A stretch of 64,000 bases of DNA from a virus (lineage: Duplodnaviria; Heunggongvirae; Uroviricota; Caudoviricetes), in IMG/VR virus record IMGVR_UViG_3300030616_000569. One strand, given 5' to 3'. Both the position numbers and the translations under genes were made by a program. Below the pieces are notes generated by a model. It did no database searches. It saw only the letters and a list, made by a program, of their open reading frames with translations, and was not told the origin of the DNA. Of this stretch, positions 38,476 to 47,208 are shown piece after piece; within the stretch, counting starts at the first letter, position 1, and the number at the start of each line of letters is the position of its first letter.

Positions 38476-38906
38476 GGTTCCCAGAAAAATACATAAAAAA
38501 TGGAAGATTCAAACTTCACAGTGGTGATCTATCTAATATATTCTATGATGTGAATGAGTTACTTACTGATTGGGATCATCTTCATGGTGTTATTACAAGA
38601 TATATAGACAATTTCAGGTGTACCAAAAGGTATTTTGACACCCATGTTGGTATAGCAACAGGTGGTGCGATAATTGCATCATCATTTATTCCATATGCAA
38701 TGATAAAAGATGATGAGTTAAAAGGCAAGTGTGAAGGTCGTTATTGTCTTATAGATGATGTGGTAACAACTGAAACAAGCATCAGGAAAGCAATTGATAT
38801 GATTGGTTATGATCCTGAAGTTATCATTGTTTGTATAGATAGGAGAAAGAAAAAGAAACTTGACATTGTATCAATATATAACATTGAAGAGAATTGGATA
38901 GAATAA
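38472..38906 (+). CDS. type-I phosphoribosyltransferase, orotate-PRTase-like (short)
   Basis: FKLHSGDLSNIFYD resembles OPRTase FTLKSGRKSPYFFD; PRPP-binding loop YCLIDDVVTTETS; track start 38451 (in-frame alternative). Confidence 0.5.
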   Translation: MRFPEKYIKNGRFKLHSGDLSNIFYDVNELLTDWDHLHGVITRYIDNFRCTKRYFDTHVGIATGGAIIASSFIPYAMIKDDELKGKCEGRYCLIDDVVTTETSIRKAIDMIGYDPEVIIVCIDRRKKKKLDIVSIYNIEENWIE

Positions 38907-38909
38907 CAT

Positions 38910-38980
38910 CTCCGCTTGGTGTAATGGCAACATAGGTGGCTGTAGACCATCTGTTATCGGTTCAAGTCCGATAGTGGAGA
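38910..38980 (+). tRNA. tRNA-Tyr(GTA) with C1:G72 (archaeal/eukaryal identity)
   Basis: Acceptor CTCCGCT/AGTGGAG, anticodon stem GGTGG/CCATC loop CT-GTA-GA, T-arm ATCGG-TTCAAGT-CCGAT. Confidence 0.65.
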
Positions 38981-38983
38981 CTT

Positions 38984-39056
38984 GGGTGTATAGCACAACT
39001 GGAAATGCGTCTCCCTTCGAAGGAGTTGATTGAGGGTTCGAGTCCCCCTATACCCG
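38984..39056 (+). tRNA. tRNA-Arg(TCG)
   Basis: Acceptor GGGTGTA/TATACCC, anticodon loop CT-TCG-AA, T-arm GAGGG-TTCGAGT-CCCCC (one mismatch). Confidence 0.65.
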
Positions 39057-39104
39057 CTGAAAAGATGATGGTTATTCGTGATTAATCTTTACAATGGTCT
39101 AACT

Positions 39105-39178
39105 GGGAATATAGTTCAGTTTGGAAGAACAGGAGGCTCCAACCCTTCAGGTCATGCGTTCGAGTCGCATTATTCCCA
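39105..39178 (+). tRNA. tRNA-Trp(CCA), no intron
   Basis: Acceptor GGGAATA/TATTCCC, D-stem GTTC/GAAC, anticodon stem GGAGG/CCTTC loop CT-CCA-AC, T-arm ATGCG-TTCGAGT-CGCAT. Confidence 0.7.
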
Positions 39179-39223
39179 CTAATACTGTAAAAGATACGTT
39201 TATTCCTGATATTAGGACAGATT

Positions 39224-39296
39224 GCCACTGTAGCAAAATTTGGCGTTGCGTCTCCCCTGTAAGGAGATAAAGTGGGTTCGATTCCTGCCAGTGGCT
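39224..39296 (+). tRNA. tRNA-Thr(TGT), unusual C33
   Basis: Acceptor GCCACTG/CAGTGGC, D-stem GCAA/TTGC, anticodon stem TCTCC/GGAGA (perfect) with loop CC-TGT-AA, T-arm with TTCGATT. Confidence 0.55.
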
Positions 39297-39433
39297 TATG
39301 TTATAAGGTGTAGCAACAGGAAGTTGCAGTCTTAAGGAAATGAGTATTGAGAAGACATAGCGGAAAGAAATATTGCGCAAGAAAATTTAATCAACAGAGA
39401 CAAAAGTGGATAAAAATATTCAATAACCGAAAA

Positions 39434-39520
39434 AGTCCCATAGGTTAGTGGTAAACCACCTGACTTTGAAAACAATGTTGAAGACATCAGGTAATATGAG
39501 TTCGATTCTCATTGGGACTG
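39434..39520 (+). tRNA. tRNA-Gln(TTG) with 16-nt intron (39470-39485) at 37/38; A1:U72
   Basis: Acceptor AGTCCCA/TGGGACT; D-stem GGTT/AACC; anticodon stem CCTGA/TCAGG; loop CT-TTG-A|intron|A; T-arm ATGAG-TTCGATT-CTCAT. Confidence 0.65.
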
Positions 39521-39521
39521 T

Positions 39522-40346
39522 ATGATTTACAAATGTAAATATTGCTCAAAGGAACTTGATTCAGTTTCTTCTATTGGTGGACACACGGCAACATGCAAAT
39601 TCAATCCAAATTACGAAAAAAATAAAAAGAACATGTGGAAGATTACAAAAAATGAATATACTATGATCTGTAAAAAGTGTAATACTGAATATACTGTGTT
39701 TGAGACACCAGAAGCAATTTCAAGGGGAAAATACAGAAAGTATTGTTCAAGAAAATGTGCTAATAGTAGAATGTGGAATGATAATGACAAAAAGAAGATT
39801 AGTTTTGGTATGACAGGAAAACATTGGTATTATGTTGAATCACCATGCAAAAATTGTGATATACACTTCATACATAGAAGTGATGATAATAGAATGTATT
39901 GTTCAAGTTTTTGTGCAAGTTCTCACATTGGAAGAAAAATTGGTGGCAGAAGCGAAATTGCATGCAGAAAAATTCGTGAACAGTTTAGAAATGGTAGAAA
40001 AGTAAAGGGTGGTTACACAAAATGGTACAACTACAAAAACATTCGAGTCCAAGGAAACTTAGAACTCCGTATGTGTAAAATCCTTGACAAAATGAAATCA
40101 TTAAACCTCATAAAAGATTGGGAATACACTAATGATAGGTTTCCATATACTGGACTTGATGGAAAACAACACACATACTTAGTTGACTTCAAAGTATGGC
40201 GGAATGATAACACATCATTCTATGTCGAAACAAAAGGATATGAAAGAGAAAATGATAAAATTAAGTGGAAAAGTGTTATTAATACTGGATATTCAATAGA
40301 AATATATAAGAGAAAGGATTTAAAAACAATGGAAAATATATTATGA
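39522..40346 (+). CDS. triple Zn-finger protein with C-terminal PD-(D/E)xK-like nuclease motif
   Basis: Three C-x2-C..(Y/F)CS-x2-C-x3-H units; C-terminal LVDFKVW...FYVETKGYE fits D..(D/E)xK; located inside tRNA array. Confidence 0.45.
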   Translation: MIYKCKYCSKELDSVSSIGGHTATCKFNPNYEKNKKNMWKITKNEYTMICKKCNTEYTVFETPEAISRGKYRKYCSRKCANSRMWNDNDKKKISFGMTGKHWYYVESPCKNCDIHFIHRSDDNRMYCSSFCASSHIGRKIGGRSEIACRKIREQFRNGRKVKGGYTKWYNYKNIRVQGNLELRMCKILDKMKSLNLIKDWEYTNDRFPYTGLDGKQHTYLVDFKVWRNDNTSFYVETKGYERENDKIKWKSVINTGYSIEIYKRKDLKTMENIL

Positions 40347-40972
40347 AAATATGTGCAATGTCCGACTTGCATGGGCATGAAGTTCCTATTCCTAAATGTG
40401 ATGTATTAGCAATAGCTGGAGATATTAGTAAATTTGGAGATGTTGAATGGTTTAACACACAATTTATCTCCTATCTAAACAAATACAAGAATAAATTTGA
40501 TAAATGTATTATGGTGTTCGGTAACCATGATGATAACTTTATGACGCAAAAAGATGAATTAAAAATTCCTGAATACCTCGAAATTCTTTATTCTAAAGGA
40601 TACAACTATAAAGGATATATATTTTGGGGATCACCATTCATTGTTGATTCACCTGAAATTGTTTCATCATTATATTCAGTACAGGAAAAGACTCTAAAGA
40701 AAATATTTCAAGAAATGAATCCAAACACTGATGTACTTATAACACATTCACCACCATATGGTATTGGTGATACATTGAAAGATCAATCTTATCATCTCGG
40801 TAGTGAATCATTGATGGACAAAATCATGGTTGTTCAACCCAAGATACATATCTTTGGACATATTCATACTGGTGAAAAATACACAAAAGGAATGTGGACC
40901 AAATTCTATAATGTTTCTATTCTTGATGATTGGTATAATGTTAGATACAAACCAACAATGATTAATTTATAA
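40343..40972 (+). CDS. calcineurin-like metallophosphoesterase
   Basis: Motifs MSDLHGH, IAGDIS, VFGNHDD, ITHSPP, GHIHTG. Confidence 0.65.
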   Translation: MKICAMSDLHGHEVPIPKCDVLAIAGDISKFGDVEWFNTQFISYLNKYKNKFDKCIMVFGNHDDNFMTQKDELKIPEYLEILYSKGYNYKGYIFWGSPFIVDSPEIVSSLYSVQEKTLKKIFQEMNPNTDVLITHSPPYGIGDTLKDQSYHLGSESLMDKIMVVQPKIHIFGHIHTGEKYTKGMWTKFYNVSILDDWYNVRYKPTMINL

Positions 40973-40973
40973 T

Positions 40974-41048
40974 GAGCTTGTGGTGTAATCTGGTTATCAT
41001 CCTCCGTTTGGAGCGGAGAGATTGCAGGTTCAAATCCTGCCTTGCTCA
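40974..41048 (+). tRNA. tRNA-Pro(TGG), acceptor stem with two U-U mismatches (possibly degenerate)
   Basis: Anticodon stem CTCCG/CGGAG loop TT-TGG-AG; T-arm GCAGG-TTCAAAT-CCTGC; acceptor GAGCTTG vs CTTGCTC pairs 5/7. Confidence 0.45.
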
Positions 41049-41055
41049 CTCATTT

Positions 41056-41126
41056 GCGACGGTTGGTTAATGGCAAACCGTGAGCCTTCCAAGTTCATAC
41101 TGTGGGTTCGATTCCCTCTCGTCGCA
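41056..41126 (+). tRNA. tRNA-Gly(TCC)
   Basis: Acceptor GCGACGG/TCGTCGC, D-stem GGTT/AACC, anticodon stem TGAGC/GTTCA loop CT-TCC-AA, T-arm with TTCGATT. Confidence 0.7.
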
Positions 41127-41132
41127 TCATTT

Positions 41133-41206
41133 GTCCTCGTGGTCTAACTGGATGGGCACCAGACTTCTAATCTGTGAACATAGGGGTTCGAGTCCCCTCG
41201 GGGACA
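41133..41206 (+). tRNA. tRNA-Arg(TCT)
   Basis: Acceptor GTCCTCG/CGGGGAC, anticodon loop CT-TCT-AA, T-arm AGGGG-TTCGAGT-CCCCT. Confidence 0.7.
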
Positions 41207-41207
41207 T

Positions 41208-41471
41208 TTGATTTTAATTCTATTCTTCTATTGCGAAAGACTCATAAACCCCTATACTGATATATATTCAGGTGTATTAATTATGGTATACAAACAAGAC
41301 GGATATACTCTGTATAATATGGATGTAAAATTAAAGAACACAGACAAAGTTCAACCAATATATTTCTTTGCGAAGAAAACACCAAAAAAAGGAACACCAT
41401 GTGATTTACCAGATATATATAAAGTTGGTAAAAATAAGAGAACAGGATTCCTTTATATAAAGAAAAAATAA
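41208..41471 (+). CDS. small hypothetical protein
   Basis: 87-aa ORF (non-ATG start in track; ATG alternatives downstream). Confidence 0.35.
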   Translation: MILILFFYCERLINPYTDIYSGVLIMVYKQDGYTLYNMDVKLKNTDKVQPIYFFAKKTPKKGTPCDLPDIYKVGKNKRTGFLYIKKK

Positions 41472-41480
41472 AATCTATTT

Positions 41481-41505
41481 TCGTGGGTAGTTGGATCTAC
41501 CCACA
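41481..41505. terminator. inverted repeat GTGGGTAG-n6-CTACCCAC after T-tract
   Basis: 8-bp perfect stem downstream of 41471 stop; could be terminator or regulatory hairpin. Confidence 0.25.
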
Positions 41506-42012
41506 TTAATTTCTATTGTGGTGTGTATGGAAAGAAAACTTAAGATTAAAATTGCTATAATTTCTGTAATTGTTATATTGATTATTTCTTATTTTGTATT
41601 CTTATTTTTTCCGCAATATTATCTTTACATCAATGATGATATTGTTGACGATAACACCATTTGTTTCAATGAAACTGAGTTTCAATTGATATATGGAAAT
41701 TCAACCGAATATTATAAGATTGGTGATTTGATAGTTGGTGGATTAATAGATGTTAGTGTTGAAGTTGATACACTACATTTTATTGATCAACAAAATCAAT
41801 TTGTGCCAACTAATGTAACTATATTGTGGTTTGGTGATAATGAACATTTCATTAAACATAGATTCATAGGTGTTAATCCATTGCTAATTTATCAATTCAT
41901 AGGTGCAAAAACAAGGATTGATACAAGTGAGTTTATTTCAGGAGACGGTACAAAATTCTATCAGATAAATTCAATTGAGTTTAAACTTCCACCAAGTATA
42001 TTTTATACGTGA
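41491..42012 (+). CDS. membrane-anchored hypothetical protein
   Basis: 173 aa; N-terminal TM IAIISVIVILIISYFVFLFF. Confidence 0.45.
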   Translation: MDLPTLISIVVCMERKLKIKIAIISVIVILIISYFVFLFFPQYYLYINDDIVDDNTICFNETEFQLIYGNSTEYYKIGDLIVGGLIDVSVEVDTLHFIDQQNQFVPTNVTILWFGDNEHFIKHRFIGVNPLLIYQFIGAKTRIDTSEFISGDGTKFYQINSIEFKLPPSIFYT

Positions 42013-42362
42013 TACACATGAACAAATCTTGTTTTGTTTTTATTATTGGTGTTTGTTTTGCATTAATTATTTCAACTATGGGTTATATTATATATGATCA
42101 ATACAAAACAATAAATGAAGATATTGATTATAATTATTATAACTCTCGATTTCATTATCAAGCATTATCTGATTTTTGGTTGATTCAGTTGTATATGTTT
42201 CCCTTTAATGATAACGATACAGTTAGTATGTATTTTGAAGGTGAGTATGATGAGGTGATATTTATCAGTCATACACAACCAAATCCTGATTATTTACCGA
42301 GGGAAGTGTATAAATATCGTTTTCATTTTGATAGGGAATTGACAATTGAAGAGATTCTTTGA
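42009..42362 (+). CDS. membrane-anchored hypothetical protein
   Basis: 117 aa; ATGA overlap; TM near N-term. Confidence 0.45.
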   Translation: MIHMNKSCFVFIIGVCFALIISTMGYIIYDQYKTINEDIDYNYYNSRFHYQALSDFWLIQLYMFPFNDNDTVSMYFEGEYDEVIFISHTQPNPDYLPREVYKYRFHFDRELTIEEIL

Positions 42363-42411
42363 TAATAGTGACCACTAAAGATATTTATAGTAATATTATA
42401 TACGTTAAATT

Positions 42412-42654
42412 ATGAAAAAATGGCAAGATAAGGTAATGATGATACTCGGATTTGGATTTGGTTTTATGCTGATACCAATGCTTTTAGATTCTTTAAACGG
42501 TAATACTGTAAATATTATAACAGCATGCTTAACGTCTATTGCATTATATATAACAGCATATTGTATGTACACACTTGATTTAAAACTTTCATTCACTTCT
42601 AATATGTTTTCTGCATCAATGTGGGGTATTTTAGCGATACTTTCATTTTTGTGA
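42412..42654 (+). CDS. small membrane protein
   Basis: 80 aa, three hydrophobic segments. Confidence 0.4.
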   Translation: MKKWQDKVMMILGFGFGFMLIPMLLDSLNGNTVNIITACLTSIALYITAYCMYTLDLKLSFTSNMFSASMWGILAILSFL

Positions 42655-42995
42655 CAATAATTATTATAGAAATGTTTTTGATAACATAATTTATATATGA
42701 CATGGAGAAATGAAAAATGAGAAGAAGAATATTGTTTGGAAGAAAAGATGGTAGTAGAATAGGTGAAAAGTCAGGTGGTCGTGGGAGAAATAAGACAGAT
42801 AAATGTCGCCATCCAACTAAAAAATCAAAGTAATTTTGTGTTGTCATGCAAGCAATTAAAGACATGTTGATTAATATTGTCTTATTTGGGATTTGGGGAA
42901 CATTTTGTTTTTTGCTTGGGATGTATTTCGCATTAAATTAAAATCTTCTTTTTTTCAATTTTGAATTTATTTTTATTTTGTTGACTAAATATTTA

Positions 42996-43092
42996 ATAAC
43001 TATATCATATAAATGATATAGTGCTATTATTTCGCACCTTTTGTAAGTGTAATTTCTAAAACCAAAATAACTATATAGTATAAAGTATATAG
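42996..43092. repeat. cluster of short direct/inverted repeats (AATAACTATAT x2; CTATATCAT-ATAA-ATGATATAG palindrome; TATATAG x3) upstream of recombinase gene
   Basis: Read directly in the 440-bp AT-rich intergenic spacer preceding 43100. Confidence 0.4.
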
Positions 43093-43099
43093 CTATTTT

Positions 43100-43654
43100 A
43101 TGTCAAATTTGTATGTAAATGACGTTAGAATTTTTCGTCCGTGGGAAGTCACAAAATTAATTGACAATATTCCAAAAGACGAAAATAGATGCAAATTTGA
43201 AGTTTTATTGTATACAGGCGGTAGATATACAGAAATACAATCATTATATGACAATCCAAAATGGTTCAATGGTGTTTCTATACAGATGCCAAACACAAAA
43301 CATCTTGTAAAAAAGAAACAGAAGACTAGAAATATACGTCTAAACCCAAAGGGACAAAGAGCTGTTAATGAATATTTATATAGATGTGAAACAGGATTAC
43401 CGCATTATACAAATTGGTATAGAGATCTAAAAAGATGGTGTAGATATGCTGAGATCGGTGATGATAATGTCGGAATTACGTCAACAAGAAAGACATGGGT
43501 TTCATGGCTTGTATCAAAATATGATACGAAGACAATATACATATTTACATCGATGGGACATACAATAAATACATCTATAAATCATTATCTAAACCTTGGA
43601 TTCACTGAAGATGATCTTTCTCAAATGGATACATATGTTAGTGGGTGGATATGA
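43100..43654 (+). CDS. short tyrosine-recombinase (integrase)-like protein
   Basis: EVLLYTGGRYTEIQSL (box I Arg) and ..SMGHTINTSINHYLNLG (H-x-x-x-Y region); only 184 aa (catalytic domain only); 3' of tRNA array. Confidence 0.4.
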   Translation: MSNLYVNDVRIFRPWEVTKLIDNIPKDENRCKFEVLLYTGGRYTEIQSLYDNPKWFNGVSIQMPNTKHLVKKKQKTRNIRLNPKGQRAVNEYLYRCETGLPHYTNWYRDLKRWCRYAEIGDDNVGITSTRKTWVSWLVSKYDTKTIYIFTSMGHTINTSINHYLNLGFTEDDLSQMDTYVSGWI

Positions 43655-43709
43655 TGTGTACCATGATAGTATATTACAACACAGGAATTAAATTATTAGA
43701 GGAATCAAA

Positions 43710-44477
43710 GTGAGACATGTAATAATTGGATCTGGGTCTACAGGCCAAGTCACTGGAGAATTTCTTGAGGCACATGGTGAAGATGTTATTTATCATGATA
43801 TAGATTATGATGTTGTTGATAGTCTAAAATCAGTCGGAAAGAAAGCGACTGAGGTACTGCCATCATCATGGGATATTGCATGGGTGTGTGTAAGTCAAGA
43901 TGATCTATCAAAAGCAATTCCTCCAAGACCATCAGATGATTCTACAATTGTAATAAGGAGTAATGTATCACCAGATGTATTCGAAAGACTTGATGTCGGT
44001 TATATACTTCACATGTGTATATATAATATTGAATTCAATATATTAGATAATGTGTTTTATCCACCGAGGATTGTTATAGGTGGTGTTCATGATAGTGTAC
44101 ACAGTGAAAGGTTATTATCATTCATGTCTGATATCATTCCGAATGTACCAATTTTTGTTGTGCCACAGAGGATATCATCTATGATATCAATAATATCTGA
44201 TGCTTGGTTTAGTACTCAAACATCTTTTTGGAATGAGGTTTATCTTATGTTATCATCAGACGAAAAGTACAGACAATGCGTTTCAAGTATTATTACAACT
44301 GATAAAAGAATATCTAAACATGGATCAACAATGATTGGAATGCCATATTTAAAGAAGACCCAATGTGATAATATAGATAGGATCATAGATCTTTGTGGGT
44401 CTCCCAATCTGTTTGAAAGCGTAAAAAATACGAATAACAAAATTATTAGTAAAAAAAGTAATATAAAACAAAAATAA
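43710..44477 (+). CDS. NAD(P)-binding Rossmann-fold protein
   Basis: N-term VIIGSGSTGQVTGEFL (GxGxxG), GTG start. Confidence 0.4.
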   Translation: MRHVIIGSGSTGQVTGEFLEAHGEDVIYHDIDYDVVDSLKSVGKKATEVLPSSWDIAWVCVSQDDLSKAIPPRPSDDSTIVIRSNVSPDVFERLDVGYILHMCIYNIEFNILDNVFYPPRIVIGGVHDSVHSERLLSFMSDIIPNVPIFVVPQRISSMISIISDAWFSTQTSFWNEVYLMLSSDEKYRQCVSSIITTDKRISKHGSTMIGMPYLKKTQCDNIDRIIDLCGSPNLFESVKNTNNKIISKKSNIKQK

Positions 44478-44506
44478 ACGATAAAATAGAAAATTAAAGG
44501 TGTAGT

Positions 44507-45847
44507 ATGAGTGATGTGTATATTGTTCATTGTATAGATACAGAGGGTCCACTTTATGAATCACTAGATGCAACATTTGAAAGGATCAAACATGTATATC
44601 ATTTGGATATTGAACCAAGTGCTGAAAATCTTAAAAAATTACAACTTGGTGAAATGGCTATTCCCGATGACTTGATTGAACCATTACGGATGATGTTGGA
44701 TCCAAATATATTGTCATACAATACAACATGGAAAGATATAGATTATATGCTTGATATTGTACATAATAATACTTTTAGGAATTCATTATTAGATTCAGAT
44801 AATAATGGTTGGAAATACAATTGGTTCTGTTGTGATTTTGTCGGTTATGATTACAACCCAAGAAGAAGAGATATGGGATATCATGCAATATTTGATCATT
44901 ACTCAAAATATATGAAAAATGATTTTATTGGATTCCATTATCATCCAAGACCGTTTAAATCAGAGGCACATATATGTGCTACAAATTGGCTTCACACGGA
45001 TTATCTATTTCAAATATTGTCTAGGCGCATTATAGACAGGAATTGGTTTCCTGCTGTGAATAGACCTGGATTCCAGGTGAATAGACCAGATTCAAATTGG
45101 TTTCTTGAACAGTATATTCCATTTGATTATTCTAACATGTCTTGCAAAATAACAGATCATGATAATAAACAATCTGATTTTTCACATGGGAGATCTGGTG
45201 ATTGGAGAAGGGCACCAATGAGTTGGGTTCCATATCATCCTTCACATGATGATTATCAAATCCCTGGTGATTGTAGACGTTGGATTGCACGTTGCCTTAA
45301 TATTGGTACAAGGTCTTATTTAATAGATCAAAATGAGGTCAATAAGTCATTTGAACTTTCAAGTGATCAACCACAGATATTATCATTCACTAATCATGAT
45401 TTTCGTGACATAAGTATTGATATTGATAATATGAGGAATATGTTATCAGTTGCAAAGGAGAAATATCCAGATGTTAAATTTCATTATTCAGATCCAATAT
45501 CTGCCATACGGAATGCAATGAACATCAAAAAAGAAAATAAATGTGAGTTTGAAACATCTATTGATGGTGATAATCTATATTCTAAATTATCTATAAGTAC
45601 AAAGAATCCAACATTTGGTCCTCAACCATATTTTTGTATAAAGACAAAGTCCAATCAATATTTCCATGATAATCTTGATTTTCAGGTTCCATTTCATGAT
45701 TGGACATATGTGTTTGATATGGAAACATTCAATATAGATTCAATAGATAAGATTGGGATAGCCTCGAATAATAGTTATGGTGTTACATCTGTATGTGTTA
45801 TTGACCCAAATGATGGTAATATAAATAAAACATATTATAATCTTTGA
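44507..45847 (+). CDS. hypothetical protein (446 aa)
   Basis: GGTG SD upstream; no motif recognised. Confidence 0.5.
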   Translation: MSDVYIVHCIDTEGPLYESLDATFERIKHVYHLDIEPSAENLKKLQLGEMAIPDDLIEPLRMMLDPNILSYNTTWKDIDYMLDIVHNNTFRNSLLDSDNNGWKYNWFCCDFVGYDYNPRRRDMGYHAIFDHYSKYMKNDFIGFHYHPRPFKSEAHICATNWLHTDYLFQILSRRIIDRNWFPAVNRPGFQVNRPDSNWFLEQYIPFDYSNMSCKITDHDNKQSDFSHGRSGDWRRAPMSWVPYHPSHDDYQIPGDCRRWIARCLNIGTRSYLIDQNEVNKSFELSSDQPQILSFTNHDFRDISIDIDNMRNMLSVAKEKYPDVKFHYSDPISAIRNAMNIKKENKCEFETSIDGDNLYSKLSISTKNPTFGPQPYFCIKTKSNQYFHDNLDFQVPFHDWTYVFDMETFNIDSIDKIGIASNNSYGVTSVCVIDPNDGNINKTYYNL

Positions 45848-45973
45848 TATTGAATAATTATTATATGGTGTTAATTTGAAAATATTTGTTAAAATCAAAA
45901 AATTTATACACGATCTTTTTACATTCAGTGAAGATGAAGATTATAGTGATGTTGATTTTCTTGAATTTAGTAG

Positions 45974-46267
45974 GTGGAAATAATGAAAAAATATGTTAGG
46001 TATTGTGACACATGTGGCGAAGAAGTTGATCCATATAAAAAAGGTTCGGTGACACTATTTCGTGATATTAGAATAGGTGTAGGAAAACGATATAAAGATG
46101 TACTTACTACTATGAAATATACAATTAGACCAGATGATTTTGATGGATTCAGAAAGGGATATAGTGACAATAATGATCAGGAATTCACCTTTTGTAGTGT
46201 TGAACATTGTATATCATTTCTTATAAATAAACAGATTGAAGTCTTTAAGGAGTTAGGAAAAAAGTGA
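45974..46267 (+). CDS. small Zn-binding protein
   Basis: CDTCGEE...CSVEHC; GGTGG SD. Confidence 0.45.
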   Translation: MEIMKKYVRYCDTCGEEVDPYKKGSVTLFRDIRIGVGKRYKDVLTTMKYTIRPDDFDGFRKGYSDNNDQEFTFCSVEHCISFLINKQIEVFKELGKK

Positions 46268-47208
46268 AGATCTTAATAACTGGTTGCTATAGATCAGGAA
46301 CTGAGTACGTAACACAATTACTGAATAATCATCCAAATCTTGCTGCAAAAATGTATACGACAAATTTTATGCGTTATTACTTTAAAAAATATGATCCGAT
46401 TGCTGAAAATTACTTGAAATTAATAAATAATGCGTATGATACGATAAAAAGTCGTCATAAAATAAAATTTAACTTAAAAAATGTTATAAATAACATTGAT
46501 AAACCATCATATGGTTCTATTTATGATGCAATAATGTCGGATTTGTACATAAATGATGAAGTCAAGCACTGGGGAGAGAAAACACAACTTGTTTGGAGAG
46601 AGATCCCACAATTTCTTAATATGTTCCCAGATGGTAAATGTATAAATATAATACGTGATCCAAGATCGGTTCTAGCATCCTTTAAAAAACACACTTATGC
46701 AAAAAAACCACTTTATCTTGGTGCAATCTTCAATTGTTTTGATTCTATGAAACATTCTGTAACTTATACAAATTATTATCCGAATAAATTTCTGAATGTG
46801 AAATATGAGGATGTCCTTATGAATGAAGAAGATGAACTTAAGAAAATTTTTGACTTTCTTGGTCTTTCTTCTGATCATGATCTAACATCTAGAGTTGGTT
46901 GGGTAGATACATCTGGAAATCCTTGGAAAGATAACACTGAATTTGGCAAGTTCTCGAAAACTAGCTCTGTTAATAGATGGAAAAAGAATCTTCTCACTTG
47001 GGAAGTAGACATGTGTGAGACTATAAATGACAAGTACATGAAGAAGTTCGGATATGAACGTGATATAAAACCAAATATAACCATAACATGGAAATATAAT
47101 AAACATCCAAAGGTAATTGAGTATCTAGATTTGTGGCGTATGAATAAAGGTATCCAGGAGTTTCCGACAGATCCAAATGATCCAAGCAATTGGAGTGAGA
47201 ATCAGTGA
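46264..47208 (+). CDS. sulfotransferase
   Basis: 5'-PSB motif ITGCYRSGTEY and 3'-PB motif IIRDPRSVLASF. Confidence 0.65.
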   Translation: MKILITGCYRSGTEYVTQLLNNHPNLAAKMYTTNFMRYYFKKYDPIAENYLKLINNAYDTIKSRHKIKFNLKNVINNIDKPSYGSIYDAIMSDLYINDEVKHWGEKTQLVWREIPQFLNMFPDGKCINIIRDPRSVLASFKKHTYAKKPLYLGAIFNCFDSMKHSVTYTNYYPNKFLNVKYEDVLMNEEDELKKIFDFLGLSSDHDLTSRVGWVDTSGNPWKDNTEFGKFSKTSSVNRWKKNLLTWEVDMCETINDKYMKKFGYERDIKPNITITWKYNKHPKVIEYLDLWRMNKGIQEFPTDPNDPSNWSENQ

